Shown: positions 47,128 through 56,405 of the stretch, piece by piece
Position numbering within the stretch: position 1 is the stretch's first letter
How the letters are laid out: every line of letters begins with the position of its first letter
Made by a program: the position numbers and the translations under genes
IMG/VR virus record: IMGVR_UViG_2923084042_000004
Span: 8,768-72,767 of that record
Strand: one strand, 5' to 3'
Source: a virus
Lineage: Duplodnaviria; Caudoviricetes
DNA: 64,000 nucleotides
Notes under the pieces: generated by a model
Databases searched by the model: none
What the model was told of the DNA's origin: nothing
The model's input: only the letters and a program-made list of their open reading frames with translations

Positions 47128-47307
47128 TCATAAATCGACCGCCTCCGCCCATCTTCGTTTATACTCCGGTTCGTTTGCCGCATACCACTCCGACCAACAC
47201 GTCGCATCGCACGCATATACCTCGAAGAGCGAATCGTAAATGGCGGATCGCCCTTCGTAGAGGTTAGCGTTGCAATTGGCGCAGACGGCGGCCGGCTTAG
47301 AGGTCAA
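47128..47307 (-). CDS. Small Cys-rich (zinc-binding) hypothetical protein
   Basis: Read manually: MTSKPAAVCANCNANL..YACDATCWSEW; followed by a 50-aa membrane ORF at 46979-47131. Confidence 0.55.
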   Translation of the reverse strand: MTSKPAAVCANCNANLYEGRSAIYDSLFEVYACDATCWSEWYAANEPEYKRRWAEAVDL

Positions 47308-48562
47308 AGCGCGCCTCGACTGGCGTAATGAGCGTTAAATCGCGACTATACTCGGACGTAGTTCCGTATTCAGCGTGCAAATGCTTGAATCCGTAAGTGT
47401 TGCCGACTATATGTTCGGTAATCTCACCGAAGAAAATACCGCCACTTCTGAGTGTTAGTTTTACGAAATCGCCTTTCTTATACTCGCCAACCTCGCGTCC
47501 GATTTCCGCCCATTTCTTAAGTTCGGCGGCTTCCTCTTCGGATAAAATTTCGAGTTGATCCGGCGTTGCAAATCCATATACTTCGCGTGAATCGCCACCT
47601 TCGATCGCAATACGTCTTCCCAACCGATGGTTGAAGTTGATATTGGCAACCTCGTAAATCTTACCGTTCTCGAAACCGTTAAGAGGGTATTTTTCGCCGC
47701 CCGATTTCAGTCGAACCTTTGCGCCTTCTTTAAATTTCGCTAATTCTGCCGCGCGTTTAGCTTCGGTAACTTCTTCGTCAGTAGCGCGGACGAGTTCGTA
47801 TTCGTGAAACCATCCTGCACTATTTCCGTTTAAGTGTTCGGATAAGAACGGGGCTGCCGATTTATCATCCTCGATGATTCTTACGATATCACCGCGTTTA
47901 GATACACCATTGCTAACGTCGACCACCTTCGCATAATCACCGACCTTCAGACGCTCAGGCTTCGGCTCGGCCTCTACGCTTGAGGCGCTGACTTTGCGGT
48001 AGACTTCGTACGTGTCATCCGATTGAGCATAATTCTCTTGGTCAATATCGTCAGTGAACACCGGATCGCCATCGCAATCAATCGCTTCAATTTCGTACAG
48101 CTTTCCAATTGTTATATCCTCGTCGTCAGTCTCGATAAACTTTACGTAATCGCCCACCTGCGCTTCGCTTTTGGCGATACGCTCATATTCCGCTTCACCC
48201 TTCAACGCAGCCACGTCGGTTTTTAACGATTCGATTTCGCCCTCCGCCTTTGCTACGCGTTCTTCTACGGTCGGATTGGTGCTGGCGGCGACTTTGCGGA
48301 ATATTTTAAGACAATGCTTATATGACGATGCTTCGCAAGTGTTTCCGTCCATACCGACAATTTGATCGAAAGTGCCGGATCTCGTGTAAGTCACAACGAA
48401 AAACTCTCCGACATTTTGGGCGCCCCACGCTTCCTTAACGAGTACAATATCGCCCTTCTGCGCCTCGCCTTCCACGCGTTCGTATTCCGTACCACAATAC
48501 GCAACCTTCGTAATTTCACCGTTCACCATATCGAGAGTCTTAACGCCTTCTAATTTCGCCAT
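47297..48562 (-). CDS. Multi-module hypothetical protein (repeated KOW/SH3-like 'VGDxV' units)
   Basis: Start MAKLEG after AAGGAGG; repeats KGDIV, VGDYV, VGDYA, KGDFV. Confidence 0.7.
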   Translation of the reverse strand: MAKLEGVKTLDMVNGEITKVAYCGTEYERVEGEAQKGDIVLVKEAWGAQNVGEFFVVTYTRSGTFDQIVGMDGNTCEASSYKHCLKIFRKVAASTNPTVEERVAKAEGEIESLKTDVAALKGEAEYERIAKSEAQVGDYVKFIETDDEDITIGKLYEIEAIDCDGDPVFTDDIDQENYAQSDDTYEVYRKVSASSVEAEPKPERLKVGDYAKVVDVSNGVSKRGDIVRIIEDDKSAAPFLSEHLNGNSAGWFHEYELVRATDEEVTEAKRAAELAKFKEGAKVRLKSGGEKYPLNGFENGKIYEVANINFNHRLGRRIAIEGGDSREVYGFATPDQLEILSEEEAAELKKWAEIGREVGEYKKGDFVKLTLRSGGIFFGEITEHIVGNTYGFKHLHAEYGTTSEYSRDLTLITPVEARFDL

Positions 48563-48575
48563 CCGTTCGTCCTCC

Positions 48576-48848
48576 TTATTCGAACCAGCAAACAATGGCC
48601 GGCTCTTCATATTTAAAATCCGCAAGGAATTCCGCGTATGTCATGTATTCAAATCCACCCGTTTCCGTCTCGAATTTCTCGACGGTGTCCGTATCAATCT
48701 CGGAAACTTCCGGCACTTCATCCACCGAATAGTGATTCGGCTCGACTAAGCTTAGCTGATGCGCCAGTGCTTGCTCCTCTGTTTCAGCGGCAATAATGTC
48801 GTAATCACCGTTTAAGCCGACTTTGAACAGTTTATATTCCGCCATCAT
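48576..48848 (-). CDS. Acidic hypothetical protein
   Basis: 90 aa; GGAGG SD. Confidence 0.6.
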   Translation of the reverse strand: MMAEYKLFKVGLNGDYDIIAAETEEQALAHQLSLVEPNHYSVDEVPEVSEIDTDTVEKFETETGGFEYMTYAEFLADFKYEEPAIVCWFE

Positions 48849-49279
48849 ACCGCCTCCGCTTCCGTTTTTTCTTCGTACATATTTCGGTTGAGTGACAACG
48901 GCAGTTCAACCCACCGTTTGCTCGCCTGTATCGTAGATTTCGCCCAATATTCGCGCTGATTCGGTTCGTTCTCAAACATCCAGACGCGAGGGGGTTCGCC
49001 AGGATCGCCCAATACGCCAACAAAATAATCAACGTCGGACCGATCGTAGCACTGCCCCCTTCCGTTAGTCGTATAGAGAACGAGCTCGTTATTGCGATCG
49101 TGTCTGCGCCGGAACGTTTTCACCTGAACTTTATACTCTTTGCCGGTAATAGGATCTTCCGCCTTAAAGTCGTATGGCTGAGCAAGTTGCGGACGGGAAA
49201 CCGCAAAACCGTTCGCAAGCAGTGCCAGTTCTGCGACAACCTCCGAATACTTGCCGACAACTTCGGTTAAATGCGCCAT
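48845..49279 (-). CDS. PD-(D/E)XK endonuclease (group I intron-associated family)
   Basis: G..SE...L...G..VS.P....YDF..KVQVKT..Y....VDYF. Confidence 0.85.
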   Translation of the reverse strand: MAHLTEVVGKYSEVVAELALLANGFAVSRPQLAQPYDFKAEDPITGKEYKVQVKTFRRRHDRNNELVLYTTNGRGQCYDRSDVDYFVGVLGDPGEPPRVWMFENEPNQREYWAKSTIQASKRWVELPLSLNRNMYEEKTEAEAV

Positions 49280-49313
49280 CTAAGCGCCTCCTTTTCGTTT
49301 GGTTGATACGTGA

Positions 49314-50072
49314 TTAGAACGGTAATTCTTCGGAAGCAGGTTCGTTAGATTCGGCAGCCGATTCTTTATCTGCTGGAACTGGAGGTAACTTAGCGCGATC
49401 AATCTTCGCATCCTCATCAGCCTCGTGTAATAGACCGATAATATCCGCTTCTTCTCGGAAGTTGGCGAGTTCTTCGTACCCGTAATCAATTCCGATAAAC
49501 TTCTTCGCTTCAGCCAACTGTTCCTCCGTCGCGTCTCCCGATTCGATAGAGAACGTTTTATCTACCTGCTTGATATGGATCGCCTCTCCTACGAGTGAAT
49601 AATCCGGATTAAACTTGCGGCCCATCTTTTCGGCTTTGTCATAGTCGGCTACAAGGTTGTTGATGTGGAAATCCTTCGTATCAATTACGCGATATGTTTT
49701 ATATTCGAGATCATAAACCGGAATCATTGCGTAAAGCTTACGTGGTGCTCCGACTAAGCAAGACGGGCAAACTTCCGGATTTGGTTTTTTAAATGCGCCG
49801 TGATCTGGACGGATTGCTTTCGGCGAGTGCAGACAAGTATGCTTACGGAAGTGATAAATATTTCTCTGACCGTTGTAAGTGCTGTGTTCGTGGACGTAAT
49901 ACGCGAACCAATCGTCTGGATCTGCGAGAATAACGAATGTACGACCTTCCGCGTTCACTTCTCCGTGCTTACCCATACGAACATATCGAGTTACACCTTC
50001 CGGAAATTCACCACCTGATTGCGCCGCTTCACGTTGTGCCTCACGTTGTTTCAAAGTATCTCTTAAGCTCAT
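49314..50072 (-). CDS. Putative single-stranded DNA-binding protein (gp32-like, Zn-binding)
   Basis: H..C..CPSC, IPVYD, acidic tail ending EELPF. Confidence 0.65.
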   Translation of the reverse strand: MSLRDTLKQREAQREAAQSGGEFPEGVTRYVRMGKHGEVNAEGRTFVILADPDDWFAYYVHEHSTYNGQRNIYHFRKHTCLHSPKAIRPDHGAFKKPNPEVCPSCLVGAPRKLYAMIPVYDLEYKTYRVIDTKDFHINNLVADYDKAEKMGRKFNPDYSLVGEAIHIKQVDKTFSIESGDATEEQLAEAKKFIGIDYGYEELANFREEADIIGLLHEADEDAKIDRAKLPPVPADKESAAESNEPASEELPF

Positions 50073-50316
50073 TCGTTTTCCCCCTACGATTTAATATTGA
50101 GTGTTAAGCCCTCGCAAAATGCCGGTATCTGCGCCCGAAACGCCGCCAGCGCTTGGCAGTAGCGACGCGACCCGAATTACTTAACGGCCACCCCGACATT
50201 CTCCGAGGGCCTGGCGCCCTTACTGCGTTTTCTTTTCGTCTTCGTCTATTTGCGTCCACATACCGCCGATAATGACCACGCTGATAATCACGACAATAGG
50301 AACGATCCATACTGCG

Positions 50317-50835
50317 TCAGACATATGCCGCCACTCCTTTCGCAGCTTTCGTAAGCTTGCGTTTCAATTCGAAGGACTCGGCGGGTAATTCATCTATCCG
50401 CATCTGAACCGCATTGATTCTCGCTTGGTACGCCATCTTCTTCGCTTTTGATCGCGTTCGTTTAAGCTCGGTCGTCAGCTGCGCAATTTCTTCGTGAAGT
50501 TCTGCGGCATAACTCTCGTTATTCTGAACCGCAGCTTCAACGGTTTTTCTCATTTCGTCAAACGACGCGCGAAGAAATGCTATTGCGGTATGTTTTTCAG
50601 GCGGATGAACCGTAACCACATGATCGCTATTTAGATCTAAAAGGATAACCGCACCTCTACCGCCAAACATACGAGCTTCATTGCCTTTAGTGTCTACGGT
50701 GATTCCGAGGTATTTAGCGCGCTTTAATTTAGTCGCGATCCATTTCCGTGCTGCATACAAATTCGTTACATTGAAATGCTCTTTAAGACGTTGACGGGCG
50801 TGGACTGAAAACGTAACCTGTTCGGCTGTAATCAT
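50317..50835 (-). CDS. Hypothetical protein (HARQR nuclease-like N-terminus plus coiled coil)
   Basis: FSVHARQRL..VVTV motif. Confidence 0.6.
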   Translation of the reverse strand: MITAEQVTFSVHARQRLKEHFNVTNLYAARKWIATKLKRAKYLGITVDTKGNEARMFGGRGAVILLDLNSDHVVTVHPPEKHTAIAFLRASFDEMRKTVEAAVQNNESYAAELHEEIAQLTTELKRTRSKAKKMAYQARINAVQMRIDELPAESFELKRKLTKAAKGVAAYV

Positions 50836-51129
50836 CCGACGCGCACCGCCTTAATGGTCGGATAATAATCGGCTGGGTCTTCGTCGTGCGGCCATGCGCC
50901 TTGATAAATAACTTCGGTAAGTTTGCGCTCATCTAGCGCGATTAGCGTTTGGATTTCGTTAGGATTGGGTAAATTTGAAGTAGTCATAGTACGTTAGCCT
51001 CCGTTTAAATTGAGATTATCGTACTAGGTCGCGGGGATGCGTTCGTATATTGTTCGCTTGAATCCGTTGGCAACAGATTGTATTATAGAGGAGTAACGAA
51101 CGTCCTCGGACCTAGTTACGTATAGCGTG

Positions 51130-51765
51130 TTATACAGCTAGAAAAGCGTTAAGTTCGCCGTGTTGAGAAGCGTCGTAATTTTTCGCTAAACCTTTGATCA
51201 CACGTTCTACTTTTTTGTAGTGAACGCCTACCTTACTGCCGATCGAAGCGTATGTAGGTCGCTCACTCGAAAGATGCTCATTAACGATTGCAGTCGTTAT
51301 GGCATCGGAATTTACTGTTAGGGCCTTGATAAGTTGCAGCTTATCTTGGTCCGTTTTTATTTCTCCATCTAATTGAGAAATCACCTTATCTTCTATATGG
51401 ACAACAGCGCCAGATTCGAATGTTGCAGCATTCTCTTCTGCGGTTGAATCCATTAATTTATGTCGTTTAACATATGTTCCATTCTTCCCGCGAATAATAT
51501 CTATAGATGATTTCTTTAGTTCGTAGATTATCGCGTTTTCCGCGTTTTTTATTTTTTTTGTATCGACTGATGAAGACCACTTCCAAAGTTTTTCGTGTAA
51601 GGCACTAAGTATGTCTTCGCGAATAACTTGTCTAGTTTTAGAAAAATCAGATAAAACCTTAGAAATTAAGTCTCTTGATTCTTCAAATAGTAGGTTGAAG
51701 TCCTCATCCTGCCTAGTTATTTGATAGGCGTTGATTAGCTGTATTAACTTTTCGTGTTTCTTCAA
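51130..51765 (-). CDS. Divergent sigma-factor-like regulator
   Basis: Region 2-like LINAYQ..EDFNLLF..EDI.S..LWK..I..EL...IDIIR; C-terminal HTH TYASIGSKVGVHYKKVER; SD GAGGAGG. Confidence 0.6.
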   Translation of the reverse strand: MKKHEKLIQLINAYQITRQDEDFNLLFEESRDLISKVLSDFSKTRQVIREDILSALHEKLWKWSSSVDTKKIKNAENAIIYELKKSSIDIIRGKNGTYVKRHKLMDSTAEENAATFESGAVVHIEDKVISQLDGEIKTDQDKLQLIKALTVNSDAITTAIVNEHLSSERPTYASIGSKVGVHYKKVERVIKGLAKNYDASQHGELNAFLAV

Positions 51766-51934
51766 CTAAAATCCCTCCTCATTTATTGATGCGTATAAAC
51801 TTTCCTTTTTGGACACCATTTCATAAAAGAAATAATATTTTCTTTCATGTCCATATATTAGCATGTCTAACATTATAATTATCTAAATAGGAACAATATT
51901 TTGATTTAGCAAACTTGTTCAGGTATGTAAACAA

Positions 51935-51968
51935 AATAAAAAGCCCACCTACCGTGAGATGGGCTTTA
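51935..51968 (-). terminator. Terminator after aimP
   Basis: AAAGCCCATCT-CACGGT-AGGTGGGCTTTT followed by ATTTT. Confidence 0.8.
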
Positions 51969-51972
51969 AAAC

Positions 51973-52092
51973 TTATCCTCCGATCGCGTTGATTGCTACT
52001 TCTTCACCTGGATCTGATACCTGATTACTATACAGCAACCCTAGAGCTAACACACTCACCAATGTTAAAACAACTAATAAAGTCTTCTTCAA
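51973..52092 (-). CDS. aimP: Arbitrium pro-peptide; predicted mature peptide INAIGG
   Basis: Read manually: MKKTLLVVLTLVSVLALGLLYSNQVSDPGEEVAINAIGG; signal peptide, EVA cleavage context, SD AAAGGAG; overlaps the aimR 3' end. Confidence 0.9.
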   Translation of the reverse strand: MKKTLLVVLTLVSVLALGLLYSNQVSDPGEEVAINAIGG

Positions 52093-53266
52093 AAACAACA
52101 TCTCCTTTTTTCGATGAGGTTCCCCTCAAGTTTATTGTCAGGTTTTTGATGAAATCAGTACATTCGCCTGCCTCCATCAAATCCCTTACAATTATAGATG
52201 CGTAATACAAATTAGAATCGGACACGAAATCGCAAAACTTTTTATAAAGGCTTTTCCGATCTCCTGAAATCGCCTCAAAATATCCGGTAAGGTCAGGGTC
52301 GCCCATTTTCCCAACGCAATCTAGTGCATCTTCATAGGAGACTTTTCCTTTTCTAAACCCCTCAACCTTTTTCAAAACATCGGGTGCACTTTCTTCAACT
52401 TTCTTTGATAAGAGGATTCTAGCAAAGTTATAATTATAAACCGCATACCCTTCTAATCGCTCGTTTTTTAATTCTTTAGCTACTTCGACACTGTCTTTTA
52501 AGTATCTCAAACAAATTGATTCATCTGTTTGCAGGTAAGTCATGCCAATGATGTACAAAGCGTCTGAATTCACTCTCTTGTTAATATTAGCATTGAGGAG
52601 AATATTTGAGTAGCGTCTAGCTTCTTCTAAGTTGTTTGAAAAAAGGTGTGCATATGCTAAAATCTCAGATAGCCTATACAAATAACACTCTTTTAAAAAC
52701 AGATGAGATTTATCATTCAATCCATTTATTTGAACTTCGAGTTCTGAAGCTTTGTTTATTACATATGAGAACTGTCTTTTATGAAGTAAAGTGATGCAAC
52801 CGTAGATGTCTACAAGAATTTTAAGGATTGGGTCGTTGAGGTTTGATAGTTTGTCTAGTTCTTCGTTCATTGAATCGAACTTAACTTTTCCGTGCATGTA
52901 CTTACTGATAAAAGAATACACCTTGACGTACTTCTCGATAATATTCCGCTTTTCGCATTTATAAGTCTCGATATGGTTATCCAGAAGCTCGATATCTCTA
53001 GTTATAGCAGCATACTCAAAAGTCTTTCTTATACAATCGGAGCTCTCGGTTAATTGAGGGCATACGTCTCTCATAAAGGATCTATAATTTTCAGGATCTG
53101 CTAATTGCGAAAGGACAAGAAGGCTTCTTAATGTCAGTTTCCGCTTTCCAGCTCTAAGGTTTCCTACCTGTTTTGTAGACAGTTTTAAATATGACGCGAT
53201 TAATGAGTCATTTAAATCATCTCTGTCCGAAATACGATCAAATAGAAAGTTTCTAACTTTGTCCAT
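52028..53266 (-). CDS. aimR: Arbitrium receptor (HTH plus TPR, RRNPP family)
   Basis: N-terminal HTH; FEYA motif; Y..RL.E.L....L..N..EEAR.Y; A.YIIGMTYL..D...L..L; adjacent pro-peptide; start MDKVR after GGGGTG. Confidence 0.9.
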   Translation of the reverse strand: MDKVRNFLFDRISDRDDLNDSLIASYLKLSTKQVGNLRAGKRKLTLRSLLVLSQLADPENYRSFMRDVCPQLTESSDCIRKTFEYAAITRDIELLDNHIETYKCEKRNIIEKYVKVYSFISKYMHGKVKFDSMNEELDKLSNLNDPILKILVDIYGCITLLHKRQFSYVINKASELEVQINGLNDKSHLFLKECYLYRLSEILAYAHLFSNNLEEARRYSNILLNANINKRVNSDALYIIGMTYLQTDESICLRYLKDSVEVAKELKNERLEGYAVYNYNFARILLSKKVEESAPDVLKKVEGFRKGKVSYEDALDCVGKMGDPDLTGYFEAISGDRKSLYKKFCDFVSDSNLYYASIIVRDLMEAGECTDFIKNLTINLRGTSSKKGDVVFEEDFISCFNIGECVSSRVAV

Positions 53267-53336
53267 GTTGTTCACCCCAGTTTTAAGTAAATGAATGACA
53301 TTTCCACCACGTTTAAGTATAATTGAATTATAGCTC

Positions 53337-53360
53337 ATATGTTTACGTATGTAAACATAT
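53337..53360. promoter_or_regulatory. Palindromic operator between divergent aimR and XRE genes
   Basis: ATATGTTTAC-GTAT-GTAAACATAT; degenerate copy TTGTTCAGGTATGTAAACAA at 51915-51934. Confidence 0.7.
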
Positions 53361-53381
53361 TATTAGGAGGATTTTTAAAAA

Positions 53382-53591
53382 ATGATCGATTTTTCCCCTT
53401 TGATGGAGACTTTAAAAGAAAAAGAAATGAATCTGAGTGATTTACGTCAGGTTATGAGTTCAGCTACTCAAGCTAAAATAAAGAAAAATCATAAAGTGTC
53501 TGACTCTAAAATGCGTTTAGGAACTATTGAAAAAATATGTTTATTATTAGACGTTCCCGTGGAAAGAGTCATTAGGATTGTCAAGGAATAA
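53382..53591 (+). CDS. Cro/CI-type HTH regulator
   Basis: IDFSPL..L..K.M..L..SSAT.AKI..LGTIEKIC..LDVPVE.VI. Confidence 0.9.
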   Translation: MIDFSPLMETLKEKEMNLSDLRQVMSSATQAKIKKNHKVSDSKMRLGTIEKICLLLDVPVERVIRIVKE

Positions 53592-53622
53592 ATATTGGTA
53601 AATGTTCTTTATATAAGTTAAA

Positions 53623-53889
53623 ATGTTACGGACACCTTTACGAATGGAGGTGTTTATTACGTTTAAGGTCGGCAAATGCCGGATACCCGAATTATGCAAA
53701 GATATCGGAATTGAACACGCACAACTCGCAGCCAAGGTCGGACTAGATAAATCGCGTATTTCCGATTACGCCAGTCTTCGCAATATACCGAATATCGAGC
53801 TCGCCTATAATATCGCTCGTGCACTCGGCTGTAGACTCGAAGACTTATACGAATGGGTAGAGGTATCCGGCGACGAAACGGAGGGTTAG
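53623..53889 (+). CDS. XRE-family HTH regulator (probable repressor; start near 53656)
   Basis: QLAAKVGLDKSRISDY..PNIELAYNIARALGC.LEDLYEW. Confidence 0.9.
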   Translation: MLRTPLRMEVFITFKVGKCRIPELCKDIGIEHAQLAAKVGLDKSRISDYASLRNIPNIELAYNIARALGCRLEDLYEWVEVSGDETEG

Positions 53890-54899
53890 ATCCTCCGGCC
53901 GACCTGAAGTTCGGAAATTCCCGAACCGACACGTAATGCAGGACGTACACCCTCCGCACGATCATAAACGTTTCTCAACGCCTCTGCACCGCGCTTTACC
54001 AATAGTTCATTAGCGTCTTTCACCTCCGTTATATAACCGTGCGCAAGCCGCACCTTTCCGTTTAAATAACGCTCAATCGCCCCACGTAATTTATCGCCAG
54101 CTTTGTCGTTATCTGTAACTACCGTTAAATATTCGATAGGTGACTGCGTAATTATGTCCGCCTTTTTCAAATTAAATGCGCTGCCGCCGGTTCCAATTGC
54201 CGGTACCCCCACCGAACGCCACGCCATAGCATCGATTTCCGCCTCGCAGATCACCGCGTGCTTTAGCCGCTGCGCATAAACGAGGTCCATTCCGTAGACT
54301 AAATCACGAATAGGCCATCCGCCTTTTACGTACCAAAAAGCCTTGCCGCGCGTTGAACGATATTTCACGTTGGCTAAACGTCCATTCGGCAACCGCCACG
54401 GAATCGCGACCGCATTACCTACGAGCCCTACGCCGGCCTCGCGCTGTACTTCAGCCGATATGCCGCGTCCGGTTAGATAATCGTTAGGTCCGGCCTGAAC
54501 GTCCACCAGTAAAGATTCCGGCAAAGGTTCCGGTTTGGATACGGCTTTAAGTTTCGGAAGGCGAAGCGTTAGGCGCCCGTCTCTAGCCGTCGGTGCATAC
54601 GTTTCCAATAAGTAATCGACGGTTTCGTCTTCGGTTTCAGCGCGCAGGAAAGCGAGTAATTTAACGAACCCACCGCGCGCAAACTCAGCATCATAAGCGC
54701 CTGAATCGCCCCAATAGCCGGCTTTTGCGGACGCTGTTTCCTCGAGATAAACGTAGAAGCTCGGCGTTCGATCGTAACGGAAAGGACTGGCTGCGAGCAA
54801 ACGATCTTCCGTCCATGTAGGCCGCGTCCATTCGAATTGTTCGAGTTCATATCGGATATCTACGTCGACGTGGCGTCCGTTTAGTATTAAAGTCGGCAT
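53886..54899 (-). CDS. DNA primase (TOPRIM)
   Basis: SPFRYDRTPSF; ICEAEIDA; TDNDKAG; KDANE. Confidence 0.9.
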   Translation of the reverse strand: MPTLILNGRHVDVDIRYELEQFEWTRPTWTEDRLLAASPFRYDRTPSFYVYLEETASAKAGYWGDSGAYDAEFARGGFVKLLAFLRAETEDETVDYLLETYAPTARDGRLTLRLPKLKAVSKPEPLPESLLVDVQAGPNDYLTGRGISAEVQREAGVGLVGNAVAIPWRLPNGRLANVKYRSTRGKAFWYVKGGWPIRDLVYGMDLVYAQRLKHAVICEAEIDAMAWRSVGVPAIGTGGSAFNLKKADIITQSPIEYLTVVTDNDKAGDKLRGAIERYLNGKVRLAHGYITEVKDANELLVKRGAEALRNVYDRAEGVRPALRVGSGISELQVGRRI

Positions 54900-55010
54900 A
54901 CTAACACCTCCTAAAGATGTATTTGTAAAACATATTACACGAATGTTACATTTTATACAGTCGGTTTTTTGTCGAAACTATTCAGAATTTTATATTAAAT
55001 TCTTTCCATC

Positions 55011-56405
55011 TTAGAAATCGAACTGTGCTGCCGCTGCTTCTCCGGCTTCTGGCTGTTTCACGACGCCGATTTGCGGTAAGTAGATAATCTCCGCGGACTC
55101 TCCTTCGCCACCGTCGCGCCCTTTATTTAAGCCGATCATGCCGCGCCCTTCCTTTGCGTTCGTATCAACCGCGATCAATAGCGCAGCATCTTCGAGCAAG
55201 GCTTTCGTTTTCTTAACGTCTTTACGCTGCGGTAGTTTAAGTTCTCGCTCGCCATCTTCGACCGCCTTTTCGTCTTCCTCGTCCGCCTGGGTAAGCGCGA
55301 ATATCGTCGCCTTAGTATGGCCGGCTAAACGACGTAGCTTTTGCGATGTATTAGCCGCGTCTCCACCCGCCGTCTTAGACGTATTGGCTTCGTAGTCTAA
55401 ATAATAAAAGGGATCTACGAGCACGACGTCGGCTTTCGTTTCGATAATGTCCGATTTAAGATCGCGCAATGTACGAGAACCAAAGTCTTCGTCATCCACG
55501 CCGCGTACCGTAATGTTTCCCGGCAGTATATCGTTAAGCTGTCCGAGGAATTCCATAAAGCCCGCTTCGAATTCTTCGTTTAGGTTTCCCTGGCGAACAT
55601 CGCGTGAATTAAAGCCGGCTTCCATATTGACGCCGTTAAGAGTCGCAGTCGTAACGCCCAGGCTTCCGGAAATTGAAACGTACAGGCGCACCAGGACTTC
55701 GTACCATCCCATTTCCATCGACCAAATAAGAACGTTCGCGCCCTGCATCGCACAGTTAACGACTTCCTCCAACGCAATGGCCGACTTACCGCGCCCCGAC
55801 TTACCGTAAATAACGTAAACGTTAGATGAAACGTAGCCGCCCATAGCCCGATTAATAAAGTCGAACTTGCTGCTCCAGATCCGGAAAGACTCGCCGGCCT
55901 TGCGGTTTTCGTATTCGGCTTTGAATTTATCGATGTCGCGCTTGATGTCCGTTCCAACCGAATTTCGAACGTTTGTTCTCATTTTAAGACTTTCGGCCTG
56001 CTCTGTCAACCACTCGAAGAAACTTCCCATATCGCCGCTTTTTTGCGCTTCAATAAATCGTTTTTCTAGTTGCGGCTCCTGCACTTGGCGTCCAGTTTCC
56101 GGATCGATACGACCGCTAACAAGCTCGATAAATTGGCGTTCTGCCGACCGGTCTTTAAGGTTTTTCGCGAGGTAATCCCAGCTGGCCTCGATACTAAAGT
56201 CCGGTTCGAATTCCGGAACTTCATTCGTAACCATTTCGGCAGTCGGCGCTTGGCCTCGGTGCTGCTCCGCGTATTGCATGACGTACCGGAAGGCTTTGCG
56301 TTCGCCTTGCGTTGGTAGGTCGTTTTCAGCGATATTAAAGCGCAATAGAGCGTTCGGGTCGTTCGCTTCGATGGCTTTCGATATTAGTAAATTTCCGTAG
56401 TTCAT
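55011..56405 (-). CDS. DnaB-like replicative helicase
   Basis: GKSGRGKS, SMEM, VLVDP, LTQ, KGRDG. Confidence 0.92.
   Translation of the reverse strand: MNYGNLLISKAIEANDPNALLRFNIAENDLPTQGERKAFRYVMQYAEQHRGQAPTAEMVTNEVPEFEPDFSIEASWDYLAKNLKDRSAERQFIELVSGRIDPETGRQVQEPQLEKRFIEAQKSGDMGSFFEWLTEQAESLKMRTNVRNSVGTDIKRDIDKFKAEYENRKAGESFRIWSSKFDFINRAMGGYVSSNVYVIYGKSGRGKSAIALEEVVNCAMQGANVLIWSMEMGWYEVLVRLYVSISGSLGVTTATLNGVNMEAGFNSRDVRQGNLNEEFEAGFMEFLGQLNDILPGNITVRGVDDEDFGSRTLRDLKSDIIETKADVVLVDPFYYLDYEANTSKTAGGDAANTSQKLRRLAGHTKATIFALTQADEEDEKAVEDGERELKLPQRKDVKKTKALLEDAALLIAVDTNAKEGRGMIGLNKGRDGGEGESAEIIYLPQIGVVKQPEAGEAAAAQFDF

Noticed and set aside
51039-51057. LexA (SOS) box
   Set aside because: GTTCG occurs as a direct repeat, not the Bacillus CGAAC-N4-GTTCG palindrome.
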